Positions 45,194 through 53,686 of a stretch of 64,000 nucleotides of DNA are shown one piece after another; within the stretch, counting starts at the first letter, position 1, and each line of letters begins with the position of its first letter. A program made the position numbers and the translations under genes. The stretch covers positions 11,315 through 75,314 of the forward strand of contig DATLNJ010000033.1 in the NCBI GenBank assembly GCA_035536815.1, in the 5' to 3' direction. Under the pieces are notes generated by a model that was given only the letters and a program-made list of their open reading frames with translations, was not told the origin of the DNA and ran no database searches. This DNA is from Frankiaceae bacterium. Its GTDB lineage: Bacteria; Actinomycetota; Actinomycetes; BP-191.

Positions 45194-47413
45194 ATGGACG
45201 TCTGGGCGTGGGTGTACGACGCGTACCACCAGCTGCGCGAGGACGGGCACGACCGGCTCGCGGACGTGATCAGGGACATCCCGGGCGCCGCGCTCTCCGG
45301 CGACTCCGCGCGGACCGAGGCGCTGTGCGCCGACGCGCTCGCGCTCTCCGCCGGGCTCGACGTGCCGTGGCTGCCGGTGTTCGTGCGCCACTGGCGGCTG
45401 CAGCACCGGACGGCGGTCCGCGGCGAGGGCGCGGTCGTGCTGACCGAGGCTGTCGAGGCGCTGGAGGCGGCGCACGCGCCGGAGACGGCCGGCTGCCCGC
45501 AGGCGGTCTGCACGGTGCAGGACCTGTCGATCTGCTACGGCCGCACGGACGGCCCGGGGTGGGCGGACGAACGGATCGACGTCGTCGTGGAGACGCTCGG
45601 CCGGATCGACCCGTCGTGGCCGTGCTGGCGCTGCCTGCACGACGAGTGGGCGCTCGCGCTGGTACACCAGGGGCGGCCGGAGGAGGCGTTGACGAAGGTC
45701 GTGGCGGACCCGGACCAGGACAACATCGCGGTGCTGCTGACCGCGCTGGTCGCGGCGGGCCGCGACATCGACGCCGCCGAGGCGGGCGAGCGCTACCTCA
45801 CGCGCACCGACGTCAACGTGACCGCGCCGCGCCGCGCGGAGGTCGCGACACTGGTGGCGCTGGCGTACGCGCGGGCGGGGCAGCACGAGGCCGCGGTGGC
45901 GGCGTTGCCGGCCGCGGCGGAGACGAACCTCGACGACCACGCGTCGTGGGTGCGCGCGGTGGAGTCGCTGGTCGCCGCGGGCGCCGCTCCCAACACCCAC
46001 CACCTCGGCGCCGCGGTGTGGCGGATGGTGGAGGCGCAGCGCGCGGCGGGCTGCTGGTTCGACACGGTGCTCTGCGCGCTGGCGTACGTGCGGCTCGCGG
46101 TCGCGCGCGGCCGGACGTGGCCGGCCCGGCGCGGCGTCGAGGTGCTGCAGGAGGTGCTGCCGTCGCTGCGCGACCCGCGGCCGGTGGCCGACGAGGTCGC
46201 CGAGCTGGCGGCCGCGGTCACGTCGGCGCCGCCGGCGCCGGTCGCGCTGCCGGACGACCCGGAGGAGCTGCTCGCGGTGCCGGACGAGCCCGCCGATGGC
46301 GAGCCCGACCCGGAGGAGGCGCTGGACCGGTGGGAGGCGGCGCACCGGCGCTGGCCGGACCACGGCGGCGTAGTCAGGGCGTACGCCGGCGCGCTGCTCG
46401 CGTCGGGGCACCGCGAGGTGGCCAGGGCGGCGCTCGACGAGCACGTCCGGCGGCACCCTGAGGACGACCGCGCGGTGTCGTTGCTGGTCGAGGTGCTGCT
46501 CGAACCGGTCACGCCGGACGCGGCCGCGGTCACCGCGCTGGCCGAGGCCGTGCGTCCGGCGTCGCCCGCGGTGGCGGCGTGGGCGCTGGCCCGGCTGGCC
46601 CACCGCACCGGCGACTGGGCCGGCTGCGTCGACCACTGCAGGCAGGTCGTTGCCGCGATCCCCGAGGCGATGAACGCGCGCCGTCTGCTCGCCGACGCCG
46701 CGACCCGGGTCGGCGAGCACGACGCCGCTGTCAGCGCGCTGGACGAGGTGCGGCAGTCCGGCCGCTGGTCGCCCTCCGACGAGTGGGACTTCATGGTCGC
46801 CGCGACGCTGGCCGAGCGGTGGGACCGGGTGCGGGAGTCGGCCGCCCGGCTGGAGTTCATGATCGAGCCAGGGGAGGGGCCGATCGACGAGGAGTGGCAC
46901 CACCTCGCGATCCGCTACGACGACGGGCGCGAGCTCCTCGCGTTGCGCACCGGCCCGGTGACGGCGCGGGTCGTGGGGATCGACGACGAGGAGCCGCTGC
47001 GCTACGGCGACCGGGTCGTCTTCACGCCGACACCGATCGAGGTGCCGGGCGAGGACGACGACCGGCTGCTGGTGTTCCCGCACCTCGCCACCGTGCGAGC
47101 CGGCGGCTGCCGCGGCTACGAGGTCGCCGGGCGCGACCTCGACCCCGAGGCCGTACGCGACCTCGTCGCCGCGGTGGCCGAGCTGGGCGGCCGGCTGCGG
47201 GTGTTCGACCCGATGGAGCCGGACGAGCCGACGATGTTCGGGGTGCTCGCGGTGCCGCCGGACGTCGCGCCCGCCGACGTGCACCGGCTGCTGTTGGAGC
47301 GGACCGCGGGGTGGCCGGGGCCGGTGTCGTGGGCCGCACTCGCCGCGGCGGCGGGCGACCCCGAGACGGCGGCGCGGCACGAGGCGTTGCAGCCGGAGGT
47401 CTGGGACGACTGA
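45194..47413 (+). CDS. large helical-repeat (TPR-like) protein coupled to the HtpG-like gene
   Basis: Starts 1 nt after the previous stop. 739 aa, Ala/Leu/Arg-rich helical repeats. CxxC-type Cys pairs near the N-terminus (CPQAVC, CWRC). Confidence 0.55.
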   Translation: MDVWAWVYDAYHQLREDGHDRLADVIRDIPGAALSGDSARTEALCADALALSAGLDVPWLPVFVRHWRLQHRTAVRGEGAVVLTEAVEALEAAHAPETAGCPQAVCTVQDLSICYGRTDGPGWADERIDVVVETLGRIDPSWPCWRCLHDEWALALVHQGRPEEALTKVVADPDQDNIAVLLTALVAAGRDIDAAEAGERYLTRTDVNVTAPRRAEVATLVALAYARAGQHEAAVAALPAAAETNLDDHASWVRAVESLVAAGAAPNTHHLGAAVWRMVEAQRAAGCWFDTVLCALAYVRLAVARGRTWPARRGVEVLQEVLPSLRDPRPVADEVAELAAAVTSAPPAPVALPDDPEELLAVPDEPADGEPDPEEALDRWEAAHRRWPDHGGVVRAYAGALLASGHREVARAALDEHVRRHPEDDRAVSLLVEVLLEPVTPDAAAVTALAEAVRPASPAVAAWALARLAHRTGDWAGCVDHCRQVVAAIPEAMNARRLLADAATRVGEHDAAVSALDEVRQSGRWSPSDEWDFMVAATLAERWDRVRESAARLEFMIEPGEGPIDEEWHHLAIRYDDGRELLALRTGPVTARVVGIDDEEPLRYGDRVVFTPTPIEVPGEDDDRLLVFPHLATVRAGGCRGYEVAGRDLDPEAVRDLVAAVAELGGRLRVFDPMEPDEPTMFGVLAVPPDVAPADVHRLLLERTAGWPGPVSWAALAAAAGDPETAARHEALQPEVWDD

Positions 47414-47439
47414 CGCGTGGCCGTCGCGGGGGGGCGCGG

Positions 47440-48702
47440 TCACTTCGCGTTGGTCGTGCTCCCGCTGCTCGTCGACCCCCCTGGTCGCTGCGTCGCGTCG
47501 TCGTCGGGTTTCGCGGAGCGTGCGGCGCGGCTGCGAGTTTGCGTCCGTTCCGGTAGCGAGCGACGTTCGGCGCCTGTGCGGCCGCTGGTCGGCGCCGGCT
47601 GGTAGAAGTCGAGGACCGCGTCGTCGCCGCCGTAGTGGTCTGTCCTGCGGTACGGCTCGTTTCCCGGATCCTCCAGCTCGGTCGACGTCTGGACGTATCT
47701 GCGGACCTTGGTCTTGTACGGCGTGCCGGTGTGGGTCTGGTTGCGGCGCGTCTCGACTTCGTATGGCTCGCGCACTGCGTCGAACACCATCTCCCCGACG
47801 AGCGGAAACAGCGCGAGCGTCGCGTCGCGGATCCTTTTCGCCGACTCCGTGATGTGCCCGCGGTGCGTCGGCAGGTCCATACCGTGTTTCGCATCCGTGT
47901 TGGCCGGGCTGTCGCCGAACCGCATGATGTTCGGCGACTTGGCAAGTATGTCCTCGAGCGCTTTGGACGAGCCGCGTCGCTTTGCGCGAGCGAGCGCTTT
48001 CGGCAGCTCGGCGAGCGCGGGGGCCGCGGCGTCGTCGCTGCCCATCAGCGCGATGATCCAGGCGCGCAGAGGCTCGATCCGCTCAGGCTCCTTCCCGGAC
48101 TCCGGGACGCTCGTGATCCCCTCGCGGGACAGCGTGAGCAGCGCCTCCTTCAGCAGGATCGAGATCCACGAGTTCGCTAGAACGTGGTTGCGGCTGACGT
48201 CGAGCGGCTTGAGCTTGACCTGTTCCGGCGCCTTCCGCTTTCCCTTCCTCTTCCCCTTCTCGACGTCGGCGGTGGCCTCCGCGCTCGACTCCGCCGCTTT
48301 CCGCTCGGCCAGCCCCGCCGCGAACGCGACCTCCATGGCCTCGCGCGTGTTACTGCCGACCTGTTTCGTGCGCGCGTCGAGTAGCTGCCGGGTTACGTCC
48401 GGCCCCATGTTCGCGTGCTTGTAGTTGCCGCGGTCCGGCTGAGGGGCCGTGTGAACCTTCGCGGAACCGTGCGGCCGCTGCTTGTTCGACGCGCGCTTCG
48501 TCGTCATGGCGGTCATCGCCTTGACCGCCTCGTCTTTCGCCTGCCGCGGCCGGAGCTCCCGACTGTCAGTCGCGGCATCGGCCACCGGCGGCCGGAACGT
48601 CGCCGGCTGCGGTGTCGGGCCGAGCGTGGCGCCGGTCATCGGGTCGCGCGCCGGCTGCACATCGCTGGCCGTCTTCTTCTTCTTCTTCTTCTCCGGCATC
48701 AT
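47440..48702 (-). CDS. hypothetical Lys/Arg-rich protein with disordered N-terminus, downstream of the AAA+ ATPase
   Basis: Start MMPEKKKKKKT after GGGGGAGG. Visibly lower GC than its neighbours. No family recognised. The upstream part of ORF 47440..49821 is an antisense shadow of the ATPase gene. Confidence 0.6.
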   Translation of the reverse strand: MMPEKKKKKKTASDVQPARDPMTGATLGPTPQPATFRPPVADAATDSRELRPRQAKDEAVKAMTAMTTKRASNKQRPHGSAKVHTAPQPDRGNYKHANMGPDVTRQLLDARTKQVGSNTREAMEVAFAAGLAERKAAESSAEATADVEKGKRKGKRKAPEQVKLKPLDVSRNHVLANSWISILLKEALLTLSREGITSVPESGKEPERIEPLRAWIIALMGSDDAAAPALAELPKALARAKRRGSSKALEDILAKSPNIMRFGDSPANTDAKHGMDLPTHRGHITESAKRIRDATLALFPLVGEMVFDAVREPYEVETRRNQTHTGTPYKTKVRRYVQTSTELEDPGNEPYRRTDHYGGDDAVLDFYQPAPTSGRTGAERRSLPERTQTRSRAARSAKPDDDATQRPGGSTSSGSTTNAK

Positions 48703-48773
48703 CGCTGCCTCCCCCGTGTTGCGGCCGAGGATAGGGGGACACCGGAGAGCCCGCGGGCGTTCGCGGAAAGTCG

Positions 48774-50672
48774 TCAGCCGGCGGAGAGCAGCCCGGGCAC
48801 CGGGAGCCGGCGGCCGAGCTTGCGGTACTCGCGGACGACCCCGCGCACGACGTGCCGCATCCCCAACGGGACGCCCTCGGCGACGGCGGCGTGCGCCGCG
48901 GCCAGCACGGCGTTGCGGATGTCTCCGCCGGAGACCTCGACGGTCTCGGCGAGCCGGTCGAGGTCGACCGGGTCCGCGGGGTCGAGGTCGCCGAACGGCG
49001 CGAGGTGCGTCTCCCACAGCCGGCGCCTGGTCGGCGCGTCCGGGTCGGGGAAGTGCACGACGAAGTGCAGGCGGCGGGTGAACGCCGCGTCGAGGTTGCC
49101 GCGCAGGTTCGTCGCGAGCACGGCGATGCCGTCGAACTGCTCCATCCGCTGGAGCAGGTACGCGATCTCCTGGTTGGCGTAGCGGTCGCGCGCGTCGCGC
49201 ACCTCCGACCGGTTGCCGAACAGCGCGTCGGCCTCGTCGAAGAACAGCAGGACGTTGTGGCGCTCGGCCTCGGCGAAGGCCCGTTCGAGGTTCTTCTCGG
49301 TCTCGCCGATGTACTTGTCCACGACGGCGGACAGGTCGACGGTGCGCAGGTCCAGGCCGAGCTCGGCCGCGACCACCTCGGCGGCCAGGGTCTTGCCGGT
49401 GCCGGGGTTGCCGGTGAACAGCGCCGTGACACCGCGCGCGTTGCCGGAGGGGACGAGGTCGCGGTGGGCCGCCCAGCCGACCAGCTCGCGCACGGCCTCC
49501 AGCGTGGCCGGCGGGAGGACGAGGTCGGCGAACGTCCGCACCGCGGCGCGTGGCCGCGCGGTGTCCGCGACGAGCCGGCGGGCCGCCTCCCGCGCCCCGG
49601 CGACCGACACGTCCTCCTGCCGCGTCGCGGCGACCACCCCGGCGTACGCCGCCGTCCGCACGATGTCCTCGGGCGTCAGCCGCAGGCTCACCAGCTCGGC
49701 CCAGCCGGGCTGGTCCGCCGCGTCGCCGAGCAGCTCCCGCCACAGCTCGTCGCGGACGCTCGCGGTGACGGGCGGCGCGTCCACCGCGAACGGCAGCGCG
49801 CGCAGCCAGGCCGGGCCCCACGGGCGGTCGGCCACGGCGACGACGGGGACCGGTGCCTGGTCGAGCAGCTCAAGCAGCCAGACGTTGGCGGGCTCGGCGA
49901 GCACCGCGGCCCCGGTCACGACGAGACCGGACCGCAGCAGCGCGCTCTCCCGCGTGGCCGCGCGCACGGCGTTCTCCACCGGCTCGCCCCCGGGGCAGCG
50001 GCCGAGGTCCACGGCGAGGTGCGCGATGCCGACGGTGTCGAACGCCGCCGCCGCCAGCCCCAGCGCGACCGAGCCAGGGGCGGCGCGCACCCAGACGAGC
50101 GGCACGCCGGCCTCGATCGCGCGCGCGGCGGCGACCGCTTCGGGCACGGGGACCGCGACCGGGTCCACGGTCATGGTCGCCACCAGCGGGTCGGGGGTGT
50201 CGTCGCCCGCGAGGTGCGCGACCAGGCGGTCCGGCACGCGCAGCGTCCGGTGCGGGAACGGCTCGTCGCCCGGCAGCGTGAGCAGGTCGTGCTGCCGCAA
50301 GGGCGCGCCGGCGGCGAGCCGCGACCGCTCGGGCGCCAGCCAGGGCACGTCGCAGAGCTCCAGCGCGAGCGCGGCACCCGGGCGGACCCGCGCGGGGTCG
50401 CCCTGCAGCAGCGCGTAGGCGAGCCCGAAGTTCGCGTCGAGCTCCGGCGCGCAGGCGGCGACGAGCAGGTCGACGTCGAGGGCGTCCAAGCCGTACACGT
50501 CGCGGATGCCGGCCAGCCGGTCGTCGAACGCGTCCGGCGCGGCGTGCGCGTCGTAGGGGTGGTCGGCCTCGAGCACGGCGAGGACGGCGACCAGCGCGTC
50601 GTTCGCCGGGCGGCGGTCGCGCGCGGCGCGGACCTGCCGGACGAGGGTGGCGAGCCGTTGCACGCGGGCCAT
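48774..50672 (-). CDS. AAA+ ATPase, eCIS Afp15/Pvc15-like architecture
   Basis: C-terminal AAA module with Walker A GNPGTGKT, Walker B LLFFDEADALF and ATNLRGNLDAAFTRR. Long degenerate N-terminal domain. Confidence 0.85.
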   Translation of the reverse strand: MARVQRLATLVRQVRAARDRRPANDALVAVLAVLEADHPYDAHAAPDAFDDRLAGIRDVYGLDALDVDLLVAACAPELDANFGLAYALLQGDPARVRPGAALALELCDVPWLAPERSRLAAGAPLRQHDLLTLPGDEPFPHRTLRVPDRLVAHLAGDDTPDPLVATMTVDPVAVPVPEAVAAARAIEAGVPLVWVRAAPGSVALGLAAAAFDTVGIAHLAVDLGRCPGGEPVENAVRAATRESALLRSGLVVTGAAVLAEPANVWLLELLDQAPVPVVAVADRPWGPAWLRALPFAVDAPPVTASVRDELWRELLGDAADQPGWAELVSLRLTPEDIVRTAAYAGVVAATRQEDVSVAGAREAARRLVADTARPRAAVRTFADLVLPPATLEAVRELVGWAAHRDLVPSGNARGVTALFTGNPGTGKTLAAEVVAAELGLDLRTVDLSAVVDKYIGETEKNLERAFAEAERHNVLLFFDEADALFGNRSEVRDARDRYANQEIAYLLQRMEQFDGIAVLATNLRGNLDAAFTRRLHFVVHFPDPDAPTRRRLWETHLAPFGDLDPADPVDLDRLAETVEVSGGDIRNAVLAAAHAAVAEGVPLGMRHVVRGVVREYRKLGRRLPVPGLLSAG

Positions 50673-50815
50673 TGTGGGGACGCGGGCGGCGGGGCGGACC
50701 GATATCGGGGAATTTTCGTGATTTCGCCGCGCGCGGGTGATTCCGCGCCTATGGTCGCCCCCACGGCGGCGCGGGCGGGAGCCCGCGGCCGCTACGGGGG
50801 AGGGGGTTCGCTGTC

Positions 50816-51487
50816 GTGATCGGCGTGATCGACCGCGCCCTGGAAGCGCTGCTACGCGCGCGGCTGCCGTTGCCGGACGACGTCGGGGACGTGTCGTTCG
50901 ACGTGCCGGACCGCGAGTGGGGCGCCCGGCTGAGCCGGGTCACCGTCAACGTGTACTTGTTCGACGTCGCACCGAGCGCGCGGCCTCCGGGGCCGGCCGA
51001 CAAGCGGGTGCGGCCGGACGGGCGCGTCGAGGTGCGGGCCCAGCTCCCCGTCGTGCGGCTCGGCTACCTGGTGTCCGCGTGGGCAGGCACGACGCGCGAC
51101 GAGCACGAGCTGCTCAGCGAGGTGCTCACGACGGTCGTGAGCCATCAGACGATCCCCGAGGAGCACCTGCCCGCGTCGTCGCACGGCGCCGTCCAGCTCG
51201 CCCTGGCGCAACGCGACGGCCGGCAGCCCGGCGACCTCTGGAGCGGGCTCGACGGGCGGATGAAGCCGGCGCTCGAGGTCGAGGTGACGGTCCCCCTCGG
51301 CCCGCAGCCGTGGCTGGTCGCCGCGCCGTCGGTCGAACGCATCGCCGCGCTCGTAGCGCCGCGGCCCGCCCCCACGCCGGCGCCGCGGCCGGCGCCGGTC
51401 CCGGACGCTCCGACCAGCGTCCGGCGGCTGCCGGACGGGCGCCTGGAACGCGTCGTCATCGCGGTCGACCGGCCGGTGCGGGAGTAG
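50816..51487 (+). CDS. DUF4255 (Pvc16/Afp16 N-terminal-like) protein
   Basis: IDRALEALLRARLPL ... VSFDVPDREW ... VNVYLFDV ... LGYLVSAWAGTTRDEHELLSEVL is the characteristic family pattern. Confidence 0.75.
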   Translation: MIGVIDRALEALLRARLPLPDDVGDVSFDVPDREWGARLSRVTVNVYLFDVAPSARPPGPADKRVRPDGRVEVRAQLPVVRLGYLVSAWAGTTRDEHELLSEVLTTVVSHQTIPEEHLPASSHGAVQLALAQRDGRQPGDLWSGLDGRMKPALEVEVTVPLGPQPWLVAAPSVERIAALVAPRPAPTPAPRPAPVPDAPTSVRRLPDGRLERVVIAVDRPVRE

Positions 51488-51490
51488 GCC

Positions 51491-53686
51491 GTGCGGGTCC
51501 ACAGCGAGACCACGACGCTGGCCGCCGCGCCGGGCGACGACGTCCACGTGGACGTCGTCGTCACGAACACCGGCGACGTCATCGACGGCGTCACCGTCGT
51601 GGTCCACGGCATCGACGCGGCGCACGTCACCAGCACCCCGGCGGTGCTGCCGCTGTTCCCCGGCGAGTCCGGCCGGGTCGCGCTGCGGGTCGCGGTGCCC
51701 GCGTCGTTCCCGGCCGGCCGGCACGTGCTCGACGCGGAGGTGCGGTCGAGCGCACCCAATGCCCGCGCGGAGCACCTCGACGTCGAGCTCGCGGTCGCCG
51801 CGCGGCCGCGGCTGGCGCTCACCGTGCACCCGCCGGTGCAGCGGCGGCGCGGCCACTCGCGGCACCGGGTCGAGTGCCACAACGGCGGCAACGTCCCGCT
51901 GTCCGTGGTCCTCGGTGCGAACGACCCCGACAGCGCCGTGCAGGCGGCGGTGGACCGGCCGGCGCTGACCGTCGCGCCGGGGCGCACGGCGACGGCGATG
52001 CTGACGATCCGCGCCGCGCGGCGGCTGCTCGGCAACGACGTCGACAGGCCGGTGAACGTGCACGCGACGGCGACCGCGACGGGGTACGCCGGCGGCGGGC
52101 TCGTGTCCGGCCGCGGCCCGGCGGTGGTCGAGGAGGACGCGCCGGCCGTGCTGCGGCACCGCCCGGTCGTCGCGCGCGGGGTGCTCACGGCGGGCGTGCT
52201 GCTGCTCATCGTCGGGCTGTGGGCGGCGGCGTTCCTCGTCGGGCTTGAAACGGTGTTCGCCCGGGACCGGCTGACGAAGACGGCGCCGCCGTCGTTCTTC
52301 CTCGCCGCGGCCGGGGAGGCCGCCCCGCGGGACGCGCGGGCTCGCATCGCGGCGGTGCCGGCCGGGCTGCGCGGCGAGATCGCGGGCACCGTACGGGCGC
52401 GCAGAAGCCGCGCGCCGGTCGGGCGGGTCGTGGTGACGGCACGGCTGCGGCACGGCGCGGGCTTCGCCGCGACCGCCGCCACGCAGGCGGACGGCTCGTA
52501 CGTCGTCACCGCGCTGCCGCTCGGGACGTACTGCGTCGACTTCGCCGCGCCCGGCTTCGCACCGAAGGCGGCGTCCTGCGTGGCCGTCGCGCCGCAGCAG
52601 GCGACCCGGCTCGACGCGGAGGTGGACGGGCGGGCGGCGACCGTCAGCGGCTCCGTCGACACCGGCGGGCCGGCGCCGTTCCCCGTGACGACCGTCGAGG
52701 TGCGCGCGGCGGCCGGCGGCGCGCCGGTCGCGACGGTGCGGACCGACCGGCGCGGGCGGTACCGGCTCACGGGGCTGCCGGCGCCGGCGCGGTACCTGCT
52801 GCGGTTCCGCGCGCCGGGGTACCGCCCGGCGACGCTGGCGGTGACCGCCGAGGCGGGGGGGCGGCACACCGAGCCCGCTGTCCGGCTGTCCGCGGGCGAG
52901 GGCACGATCGCCGGGACGGTCGTCGACGCGACGGCCGGCACGCCGCTCGGCGGCGTCACGGTGTCGACGTCGCGGACCGGCGAGGTGCTCGCGACGGAGA
53001 CACCGACGCTCGGCCGCCCCGGCCGGTTCGCGCTGCGCGGGCTCGCGACGCCGGGCACGTACCTCGTGACGTTCACCAAGCCCGGCTACGGCGCGGGCAC
53101 GCTGGTCGTCCGGCTCGGTCCAGGCGGGTCGGCGACGCGGACGGTACGGCTGCGCAGCGGCGCGGGCGCGGTGACCGGGATGGTCACCGACGCCGCGGGC
53201 GCCCCGCTCGGCGGCGTCACCGTGACGGCTGGCGGGAGCGCCGTTCCGGCGCGGACCACGACGCTGACGGACGGCGACGGCAAGGGCGGCTACGCCCTCG
53301 CCGGGCTGCCGGTGCCGGGGTCGTACACGGTGACGTTCCGGCTGCCCGGCTACGCGGACCGGACGGTCCCCGTCGTGCTCGACCGCGCGACGCCGAGCGC
53401 GACGGTCTCCGCGGTGCTCGCGCCGGACGTCGGCGGCATCGACGGCACCGTCGAGGAGTGCTCGGGCAAGGCGGTGGCCGGAGCGACGGTGTCGGTCACG
53501 GACGGGCGCACGGCGCGGACGGCGGTGTCGGCCGCGGACGGGACGTTCGGCGTGGGCGGCCTGCGGCCGGCGACGTACACGGTGACGGTGTCGCGTGAGG
53601 GGCGGGGCTCGCGGACGACGCTGGTCGAGGTGCGGGCCGGGCGGCGGACGCCGGTCACCGTCGGGTGGGGGTCCCGGTGCGGGTAG
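51491..53686 (+). CDS. membrane protein: 2 N-terminal Ig-like modules - TM - about 5 carboxypeptidase-regulatory-like repeats
   Basis: VVVTNTGDVIDGVTVVV, TM GVLTAGVLLLIVGLWAAAFLVGL, and repeats of the form G.V.D..G.PL.GV.V......T..T...G.Y.L.GL.PG.Y.V.F..PGY. Confidence 0.75.
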   Translation: MRVHSETTTLAAAPGDDVHVDVVVTNTGDVIDGVTVVVHGIDAAHVTSTPAVLPLFPGESGRVALRVAVPASFPAGRHVLDAEVRSSAPNARAEHLDVELAVAARPRLALTVHPPVQRRRGHSRHRVECHNGGNVPLSVVLGANDPDSAVQAAVDRPALTVAPGRTATAMLTIRAARRLLGNDVDRPVNVHATATATGYAGGGLVSGRGPAVVEEDAPAVLRHRPVVARGVLTAGVLLLIVGLWAAAFLVGLETVFARDRLTKTAPPSFFLAAAGEAAPRDARARIAAVPAGLRGEIAGTVRARRSRAPVGRVVVTARLRHGAGFAATAATQADGSYVVTALPLGTYCVDFAAPGFAPKAASCVAVAPQQATRLDAEVDGRAATVSGSVDTGGPAPFPVTTVEVRAAAGGAPVATVRTDRRGRYRLTGLPAPARYLLRFRAPGYRPATLAVTAEAGGRHTEPAVRLSAGEGTIAGTVVDATAGTPLGGVTVSTSRTGEVLATETPTLGRPGRFALRGLATPGTYLVTFTKPGYGAGTLVVRLGPGGSATRTVRLRSGAGAVTGMVTDAAGAPLGGVTVTAGGSAVPARTTTLTDGDGKGGYALAGLPVPGSYTVTFRLPGYADRTVPVVLDRATPSATVSAVLAPDVGGIDGTVEECSGKAVAGATVSVTDGRTARTAVSAADGTFGVGGLRPATYTVTVSREGRGSRTTLVEVRAGRRTPVTVGWGSRCG

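Noticed and set aside
45098-47443. 781-aa minus-strand ORF, plus 50852..52867, 51145..53079, 53775..54797 and 53881..55542 opposite the eCIS-derived locus
   Set aside because: They are Arg-rich shadow frames. The plus-strand genes show domain repeats, TM helices and start/stop coupling.
48674-48696. (CTT)n microsatellite as a phase-variation switch at the 5' end of the Lys-rich gene
   Set aside because: It is a trinucleotide repeat encoding the Lys run. Slippage would stay in frame, so it cannot act as an on/off frameshift switch.
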